Below, one piece after another: positions 52,858-62,769 of a DNA stretch of 64,000 bases (its first letter is position 1; every line of letters begins with the position of its first letter). The DNA lies in the NCBI GenBank assembly GCA_023213395.1, contig CM041465.1, positions 186,937,741 to 187,001,740 of the forward strand, given 5' to 3'. The DNA comes from Cycas panzhihuaensis (Eukaryota; Plantae; Cycadophyta). Below the pieces are notes generated by a model that worked only from the letters and a program-made list of their open reading frames with translations, made no database searches and was not told the DNA's origin. Both the position numbers and the translations under genes were made by a program.

Positions 52858-55800
52858 TGTTAGAGAGAGGGATTCAATTTGCATTCACAAGTATACATTA
52901 TCATTTGTACAATAAATCAAAGATCTGAAAATCTTTAACAGTAGCACAAATACACCATATTTGAGAGGTGGAAAACCCCCTAATGGGAATAGAAAACCAC
53001 CTCCTTAAATATATAAATATTATTATAATAGAAGAGATGATGCAGTAAAGTTAAATGAGATTCTCATCCTCTCTCTGGGTGTGCAACCTCCTTCTCCAGC
53101 AAGACCTGGTCAACCCAACCTACCAAACCTGTCCAATCTAACCAATTTGACCAACTTCACCAACTTCCTAAAATCTAGGAAGTGATTCTATTAAGAAGGT
53201 AGAGGTTCGTTGACATGGGCGGTTGTCCATTTCAACAAACCATATAAGTAATTAATAATATATTAACAAAAAGTAACATTATAAAAGAACTTTATGAAAG
53301 AACATAAAGATGACATTAATATTTCTAACATCCCCCTTTAGAAGAAGAAAAAAGAAGAAAAAAAAAGATGATAAGGAAGATGATGAAGACTTCAGCATGG
53401 TCATCCCCTTTTGAGGAAGACTTCATTAATCTTTAACAACTCTCGCAGCTTTACAAACTTAACTTCAATCAATGGCTTGGTTAGGATATCTGCAATCTAC
53501 AAAATTGTAAGACAATAAAACAAATTAATAGTATTGTCATTTACAAGATCACATATAAAATGTTGGTGTAATTCTATATGTTTCGTCCTAGAATGTGCAA
53601 CAAGATTAGTAGTTATAGATATTGCACCTTGATTATCAACATTAATTTTAATGGAAGAGTTAAAAAAAAACCAAGCTCAGTTAATAGAGCTTTAATCTAA
53701 AGTGATTCTTTACTAGCTTCAACCAGTGCTCAATACTCAGCTTCAATCATAGATAAGGCCAATGCTTGCATCCTTTTACTAAACCAAGTGATTGGTGAGG
53801 AATCTAGGAAAAAGATGTAACTAGTTGTAGATTTACGATCATCAGAGTCTCTTGCCCAATCAGAATCTATGTAACCTGTCAATTGCAGGTTAGAATTGCA
53901 ATAATTATATGTTAGACCATAGAATATTGTACCTTGTAAATAGTGTAAGATTTGTTTTGCTACTTGCCAATGCGATTCATGAGGCTTTTGCATGTATCTG
54001 GAACACAAAGCAATAGCATAGGACATGTCTGGGCGGGTGTGGGTTAGGTAAACAAGACTACCTATGAGTTGAAGATAAGTTGTAGGATCATATAGTGGTG
54101 TTTGGCAATCAGTGGTTAACTTTACGCTTGATTGTAAAGGATTTGGAGTTGGTTTGGCATTTTCCATATTAAATCTTTTTATTAAGTCAATAATATATTT
54201 GGGTTGTGAAATAGTGATTTTAGACTTAGATTGACAAATCTGCAGACCTAAAAAGTAGTGTAGCAGACCTAAGTCTTGTTGAGAATAGAAGGTCCAACCC
54301 TCTAACAGCCACCAAGATCTATTACTTTCTTACAACTAGTTACAGAAATGAAACATACAAATTACATGCAAGTTCTTAAAACCAGAGATTATACAGTAAC
54401 AAGACAGTGAAAGCCAAACATCACATGTGCACCCGATATAACGTGGTAAAACCCTAGCAGTGTGCTAGGGAAACATCCACACAGGAAAGGTAGCTTTCTT
54501 TATTGCTGCAGAATGGAGAAAATAGTACATCACTGATACAGAGTGCTCTCTAGAACAACAATCAGCCACCGCCCTCTTCGTTGTCCATTGCATAACATTA
54601 CAACATGATAAGAAAAGCCCTAAAATGGGCTACATGAGAGGACATCCAAGACCTAAAATCTCAACCGTAGAATCTAGGGTATTTTCATTGTACGACCCTG
54701 ATTCTCTTTACACTTTAATAAGGTTTACATGGTCAATTTTTGGGTCGGGGGCTATCGCCCCCGAACCCCCTCCTAGCTGGGGGCGTTCCACTCCCTCGGA
54801 CCCCCCGGCCAAGGGGGGCTCCCGCCCCCCTTGGAACCCCCCAAGAAAGATTAGGGGAAACTGCAGCAGCCATAATTTTAGGCCTATAATTGTTGTCACA
54901 ATACCCAACAAGTCTGTCATTTCAAACTTATTCATTAAAATAGATTTTAATTACTGAATACTAGAAATTAAAGATCCAGTTATGATTGTATCATTTATGC
55001 AAAGAATTAGGATGGTAATGTTATCATCATGTCTTTGAAAATAGAGATTAGGATCACTAATACACTTAGTGTATCCATTCTGTAAAAGATATTAATCAAT
55101 TTTGGTGTACCAAGTTCGAGAAGCTTGTTTAAGACCATACAATGATTTTCAACTCACAAACAAGATTAGGATTGCAAACAAAACCAGGGGGTTGTTTCAT
55201 ATAAATTTCTTCTTTAAGATCACCATTTAAGCCACTTTTAACATCTATCTGATGAATCTGCCAACCAAATTTGGCTGCTAAAACGATAATGGTTTTGATT
55301 GTGTTCAACTTTGCTACAGGAGCAAAAGTTTCCGTATAATTGATACCATCAACTTGAGAAAAAACTTTGGCTATTAAACAAGCCTTATGCTTTTCAATTG
55401 CTCCTTCTGAGTTATATTTTGTTCGATAAACCCATTTGCAGTCTACCAAGTTCTTTCCAACAGGAAGTATAATTAGATCCCAAGTTGAATTCTTTTTAAG
55501 AGCATCAAATTCAACTTGCATGGCTTGCTGCCATATGGGATTGTTGCTTGCTTCCTTAAAGGTTTTTGGGTCATCACTGGCCATTACTTTGACCATTAGA
55601 GCAAAATTAGATTGAAGTTTTTGGGAACAAGTTCTTCTAATGTCTGATGGATCACCAGCATCAAAACCAATAGTCGAAATGGTTTTTTGAACCCAAACTG
55701 GCTGTTTGTTTCTTGAAGCATCAGAAGTTGAAGGTTGATCAGTAGAATTTGATTGAATTGAAGTAGATGTTTGATTGGATGGTTCAAATATACTAGATTC

Positions 55801-58800
55801 ACTTAAGATCCAATTCTGGACTTGTGAAGACAAACTATCAATTACTTCACTGTTTGCTTATATATCTGAAGGATCTTTTAGATAAGTATTAGTTAATAGA
55901 TTCTCGACAAGAAGTTCTATATAAGTGGTTTTTGATAAAGATCCTTCATCAAATATAATATCACGCAGGAACAAAATCTTATGCGTGATTGGATCAAATA
56001 GCCTATAGGCTTTATTTTCTTCGTTGTAACCAACGAAGATAAATTTAGAACTTTTGGGGTCGAGTTTCTGTCAATTTTCTTTTGGAATATGCCCCTAAGC
56101 AATGCTTCCAAAGATTCCAAGGTGTTTTACAAAAGGTTTGCAACCAGACCACTTATGTTCTGGTGTAACGTTTTGTAAAGACATACAAGGTAAACAATTT
56201 AAAATGTAGTTAGAGCAAGCCATTACTTTAGCCCATAGCTTTAAATCAAGACCTTTTGCATGTATCATGCATCCGGTCATTTCTACAAGGGTACAGTTCT
56301 TGCGTTCAACAACACTATTCTGTTGAGGGGTATAAGCAACGGAATGTTGGAATCGTATTCCATGTTTTTTATAGTATGAAGTAAACTTGTTACTTAAGTA
56401 TTCTTTAGCATTATCAAACCCAAAGATTTTTATTTTAGAGTTATTTTGGTTTTCAACTAACGTTTTAAACTCAATAAAGATGTCAAATACCTAACTTCTT
56501 CTTTTGAGTATATAAACCCACCATTTCCTCGAAAAATCATCGATAAAAGTGACAAATTATCAACTTCCAAAGTACAAAAGTACTTGAAAGGGACCACAAA
56601 TGTCGGAATGAACAACTTCAAGTGAGACTTTTTCTCTAAATGAAGTCTGGTGTGGAAAGGGTTCCATGTGTTGCTTATCTATTACGCAGGCTTCGCAAAC
56701 ACCATAGACAATATTTAGGTGGGGGAAGCCCATGCACCATATCATGCTTGTTTAGATACTTAAGTTTGCCATAACTTGTATGGCCAAACAGAGCATGCCA
56801 TAGCTTACTGGCTGGGTCAAATTTAGCTATAAAGGCACTAAAAGATTTTGTTTTGGAATGTTGTAGGTTTGTCAGGTTATAAAGACTTGTTTTGTGATAG
56901 ACAGGTACTAAAGCAATTGATTTAAACTTGTTTAAAGGCTGATTAATGACAAATATGTCTTTTCAGAATTTGACAACGAGGTCTTTCTCGCAGATTTGAT
57001 AGACTGAAAGAAGATTCGGTAATAATCCAAGAACGTAAAATACATCGTTGATAGAACTGTCTTTCAAAGAAACATCTCTCGTTCTTTTAACTTTCAGTTG
57101 AGAGCCGCTTCTGAAAGAAATTTCTTCTTCAAAATTAAGATCAGAATGGTCTATTGACAAATATTCTTGATGTCCCATCATATGATGGGATGCACCAGAG
57201 TCAAGGATCCACTTAGGTGGCTGAGCAGTTGGGGCCAAAAAAGCAAATGTGGTAGCGGTTAAGGAACGGTTAGGATTGTGGGATCGCGATTGGATCCTCT
57301 TAGAAGCTTCCCAAGCTTCAAAAGCAATTCTATTCCTACAAACATCAATGCTGTGCCCCTGTTTGTGGCAATAAGCACAACTGACATTCTAATTAGGATT
57401 AGAATTGATAGTATTCCATTTTTGGAACGACTGTTCAGAGGCATTCTGGTTTTTCGGTAGTCCAAAATACTTAGTATTATGATGAAGATTATTTGCAGAA
57501 GAAGAAGAACCTCTATGAGGTTTTTGGAACTTAGGATTACTGTTATGATTATTTTGATAGTTGTTTTGATGTTTAAACTTGTTTAGTGGTTTTGACTTGG
57601 AAAAACGAGCCTGTGAAGGACCTTGTAGTTTTCTAGTCTGAATCAACATTGTTTGATGTTCAATCAGTTAATTTGTTAACTAATTAAAAGTTATTGGCCG
57701 GTATCAGGCTTGCTGCCTGACAGCTTTGAAGAGATTGAAATGTTTAGGAAGTTTATCAATTGCTAGATGGACGAGTGTATCATCATCTTTTGCATGAGTG
57801 ATAGTTTCCACTTTATCACTTACTTTGGTTAAAGATTTGATGCAATTTCTTAGGTCCTTGTTAATAAGTTGAAATTTTGATAAAAAGTCAACTTTTAAAA
57901 AATCTTCATAATTTAAATCGTATATATGTTGTTCAAAGACAGCTAACTTTTATGCCTCAACCTTATCGTATTTTTTCTTAAGCGAATTCCAGACAGTGGC
58001 AAGATCATCTGTATCAAAGAAATGCCTACTTATGTCTAGCAAGAAAGAGGTTAGGATGGTGCCTAGGGCTCCATCACAATTCATCAGATATACTATATAG
58101 GCTTTTGATTTTTCGTCTGTTAGTTTTACAAACTCTCCTGTAACATATCGCCATATCTTTTATTATTTTAGATAATGGCATATGTGTGTTTTTCAATCAG
58201 CATAATTTGAGCCGTTTAAAGTTGGAATTGGTGCACAAGACGTTGTCCCTAACATAAGTGCCATTATGGGGATAAAACAGACGACTAGAGATCCTCTTTA
58301 GTGAAATGAAATGGTAATGAAACGATAATGTGAAAAATATAAATATTAAGCCATAATTAAATATAATCACAATAGTTGCATTTTAAAAATTAAAGAGAAT
58401 CATTAATTAAATGTAAATATATATTCATAAGTATATGTAGCATGTGAAGAAATAAGGGGGTTAGACATCCCTTTAAAACATTTTAAAAAATTTGATTACA
58501 AAGCAAGCATAAATGTAATTATATTTAGCAATTTTTGCAAATAACTTAAAGCAATAAGCCCTTTTGCACAAAAAAATGATTGTCAATAATAAAGAGATGT
58601 AAGATTTAAACATTCACTTGAGAAATTAAATCAAAAATAAAATATTTTCATGTTTATAACATCATTTGTATCAAATTATAGTGATTTGATTGTGAATTTA
58701 ATAAACTATACAAAATAATTGATAATTATATAAAAATGATGTAGTTAAACAATAAATTTGTTAAATAATTTAATGTATGTTGAATTAATCATAAAATATT

Positions 58801-60634
58801 GTAAAGAAAATTTTAAAATAAAATCACGTACCTTGACTTACCTGGTCGTGATAGAAAGCTTGACTTTAGACAAGATTTTACAGGTCAAAATGGCATCCAA
58901 TTGGCTCGAGTGACTAGTCAAAATGTTCGTGTCTGAATCAAGAATTCAACACTTCTTTCGAAATTGAATTTGGACTCAGTATGATAAAGTTATATTCAAA
59001 AAAACACAGGTACCTTCTTTGTAAAATTTAAAAAAAGGTGAAATAGGGGTTAAGCCCCTTTCAAGATTGGACTGAGGTCATATGGGAGGGTTGATGTGAC
59101 CAAGGGGCTGGCAGGAAGGGGGCTAACGAACTCGAAATAAGATTCCAATTTGGTTTAATTAACTTAAAACTTTGGAAAAAATAAAATATTAAGGATAAGG
59201 CAGATCCAAAATCATATTTATGTAGATTGAATTCTTTTTGCGTTTGCAAAAAGAAGACTCGAATTTATAGAAATTTCACGTTCGAAACCTATAAACCCTA
59301 AAATTTAGGGTTTCACCTTATTTTTCCCAAAAACTTTGGGATTGCAGGTCTACGGCGGATGGGCATTCAATTTCTTGGTGATTCTCTTCGTTCGCATCTC
59401 AATTCGATGGCGTTTGTGTGATCTTCAGTGCGTGGGCATCTCCACATCATGCTCTGCGTGGAATGTCTGTTTGCAGGTCAAAGACAAGGGGTTCAGCGTT
59501 AGACCAATTTCTTCGTCCTCTACATCTACAATTCAAATTCCTACATCTTTGTGTCTATGCTTGCAGGATTTCTTTTTTTCAGCTGGAGCTTTTCTTCATC
59601 CTGTAGCAGAACATCTTTGTCTTCGGGCGTCTTTCTTCGGTCTGCGTGTCAAATGTCATCTTGGAGATCTCAGTGCGTGGCCATCTCTCTATATATGGTT
59701 GTATCCAATAGCTGGTGCCAGACAAGTAACATGAGATGCAATGAGGTCGTGAATCTTCATCCAATCTACTATTCTAGCAGGCATTTTATCATCTTCATTC
59801 TCTGCATCATTGAAAAGATGCGACTACAGAGTGCAGCTCTGGTTGTTGTTTGTCACAGACTGGCTAGTGATGCTCCCATACTCCAAATTTGCATGCGTGG
59901 CATCTTTGTGTCCTTGGCTTCTTCGATGAATTAAGACTTAGAGACGAATGGGTTCAAACCCTTCTTGTTTACAGACAAAGAGCTTTTGTAAATCCACTCT
60001 TTTTTTAATTAATAAATGATTTTTTTTTTTTGCTACTACTATCTTCTTCAATTGGCAGACTTGAAATGTAATTTTTTTTTTTTCAATTCTCAATTGCTCT
60101 AAAGCCTGCTCCAAAAATCCTTGTTTCAAAAAACTGTTTAAAATCCTTACTCTGATACCATGTTAGAAAGAGGGATTCAATTTGCATTCACAGGTATACA
60201 TAATCATTTGCACAATAAATCATGGATCTGGAAAACTTTAATAGCAACACAAATACACCATATTTGACAGGCGGAAAGCCCCCTAGCGGGGATAAAAAAC
60301 CACCTCTTAAAATATATAAATATTATTATAATAAAAGAGATGATACAGTAAACTTAAATGAGGATCTCATCCTCTCTTTAGATGTTCAGCCTCCTTCTCC
60401 AGCAAGACCTAGTCAACCCAACCTACCGAACCTATCCAACCTGACCAATTTGACCAACTTCACCAACTTCTTAAAATCTAGGAAGTGATTCTGTTAAGAA
60501 GATAGAGGTTCATTGAAATGGGTGGTTGTCCACTTCAACAAACCATATAATTAATTAATAATATATTGACATAAAGTAACATTATAAAAAGAACTTTATG
60601 AAAGAACATAAAGATAACATTAATATCTCTAACA
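52858..60634 (-). mobile_element. Full-length Ty1/copia element G (7777 bp including a solo-LTR insert) in the 5' leader of H
   Basis: LTRs 52858-53330 and 60161-60634 (roughly 10% diverged), perfect TSD attta, PBS actctgatacca 60149-60160, PPT tccccctt. gag from 58264, WILDSGASHHM protease, integrase ~56800-55900, RT 55833-55000, RNase H to ~53430. Confidence 0.96.
54277..54910 (-). mobile_element. Solo LTR (634 bp) inserted in the RT of copia G
   Basis: tgttg..caaca termini and perfect TSD agtct (54272-54276 and 54911-54915). Removing it restores FEMTDLGLLHYFLGL. GC/CpG-rich core at 54741-54843. Confidence 0.93.
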
Positions 60635-61760
60635 ATTTACAACTATGTCAACCTGCAATCCCAATCTATTGATGTCAAATCGAGTCTCTTAGACAAAGAC
60701 TATCAACAAAAGTCTATCAATGAAAGTATGTCAATGAAGGTATGTTCATGTTGGCTAAGCTCTATTGTCCCAAGTCCCATCAACCAAAGTTTCTCTTGAC
60801 CAAATCCCAACAACCTATCAACCAAAATTCTGTCAACCAAGGCTCTTTCACCCAGGTCTTGTCAACCAAAGTTTTGTCAAGCAAGGTTCTCTTAACCAAG
60901 TTATGTTGATTGTCGACCTATCAACCACAGTTCTCTTGCCCATGTCCTATTGACATGTTGACCAAAGTTCTACTCTGATGGAAAACAATTCATGTCTATG
61001 ACAAGAATTCCCTACAGTTGCATTCAAAACTAAGTTGCAACAATAATCTATTTTGACCAAAGTCTTCCTTTCGACAAAAACTCACTTCAACATAAGTCTA
61101 CTTATTTCTATCTCTTGCCAGAATTCAAAATCCTTTGACTTAACCCCTTCCATTTTCATAGTAAAGCTTTGAAATGATAATTTATTACTTTATTCACACT
61201 AAATTCTTAGCCTGCACCATGTTACACAGTTTGTTGACCTTGAATCCAAGTTCTAATACCACTCTTTAGCAACCCTTCTTCACGAGGATGCCATCACGCA
61301 ACCTCCAAGATTGCTTGAGCTCACATTTGAACACGCAACGAAGCATAGGACAAGTGAGCAACATGTCATCCTAGCTATCCAAGGAAATTTATTACTATAC
61401 GCACTCTAAACAGTACTCATGTACAAGTAATAATCACATAATTTGTTCTCTCTTAAAACATGCAACAATTCATAAACAAATAATCACTTACAACTAAAAT
61501 ATCATCACATGATACGAAAAAACCATCAACATAAACTCAAATTAGAGAACTTATCTTCTATAGGGAAACATCAAACTACTCATAAGGGATTCACCACCCA
61601 ACTAATTGTAAACTCTTCTTGAGAATTTGCCCCTATGCTAAGGCACATGAAACAGTTGAAGCACTAGTGATTGGCTTTAGACTCTTATGTCATCCCTAAG
61701 ACAACATAGTCAATTAAGCATGTATAGCCTTAACAATCATCACAATTACAATTGTGCATA

Positions 61761-62160
61761 GCTACATTATGACTCAGTGTTGCACATCACATGCACACAC
61801 AACAACAACACTATAGCTAAAACAACATTTCAAGCATCCCACCAGCAATGGCTACATTATGACTCATGGTTGCACATCACATGCACACACAATAACAACA
61901 CTATAGCTAAAACAACATTTAAGGCATCCCACCATGGAAAAGCAATATGGTTTAATCTCAACAACACTTCAATTCAAATTATCATTCTAAGCATCCCACC
62001 AGCAATGGCTACATTATGACTTGCGGTTGCACATCACATGCACACACAATAACAACACTATAGCTAAAACAACATTTAAGGCATCCCACCATGGAAAAGC
62101 ACTATGGCTTAATCTCAACAACACTTCAACTCAAATTATCATTCTAAGCATCCCACCATG
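61761..62160. repeat. Compound tandem expansion (three ~90-bp units, two extended to ~158 bp) in the 5' LTR of H
   Basis: gctacattatgac..ttgcacatcacatgcacacacaa(c/t)aacaacactatagctaaaacaacattt occurs three times here and once in the partner LTR (~40750-40880). Confidence 0.85.
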
Positions 62161-62769
62161 AAAAATATATCAAGCCTCAAACCTTGGCATCACACTATGC
62201 ATCACATCTCACCATGTCAAAAGGTATGTCCACATATGAGCTATGCCATCTGACCCAAAACTCCCTCGGTGTCTCACCAAGTCTTCTAACATCTCACCAA
62301 AGTTAGCTAATTATGCTCACAACACAATAAAATAGAAGGCAATGTAGCTAGGCATTGGCCTCACATATCATCCACAGCAAAAATCCATCATGAATTCAAT
62401 CACAAACATGCAAAAATCAAACGCCAAACTCAAGCAATAGTGCAAACAAAACACAATTTGAATTCACATATTTGGAGCCATTGAGTTAGGCCAATGGATA
62501 AAGCATTGGAAGAGTTTTCATATGCCAAGCACAATCACTCATGCTCAAAATTCGAGCTTCTAGTTCAAAACAAAGCCAAATCTCAATACATAAGTGAAAA
62601 AATAATAATAATAATAAAGTGTCATCCCATTCCTATATATGATAAAGTGTCATCCCATTCCTATATATGATGAGTTTTCATATGCCAAGCACAATCACTC
62701 ATGCTCAAAATTCGAGCTCAATACATAAGTGAAAAAATAATAATAATAATAAAGTGTCATCCCATTCTA

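Noticed and set aside
54625-54957. Gly/Pro-rich ORFs on both strands
   Set aside because: Products of the GC-rich solo LTR. The minus ORF is a chimera of RT (KFEMTD) and LTR sequence.
60222-60488. 88-aa ORF with an NLPNLSNLTNLT repeat
   Set aside because: Translation of the 9-bp LTR repeat array. The start codon is not conserved in the partner LTR.
61761-62160. CRISPR-like repeat/spacer appearance
   Set aside because: Eukaryotic LTR context, the intervening sequences are themselves repeated, and there are no cas genes.
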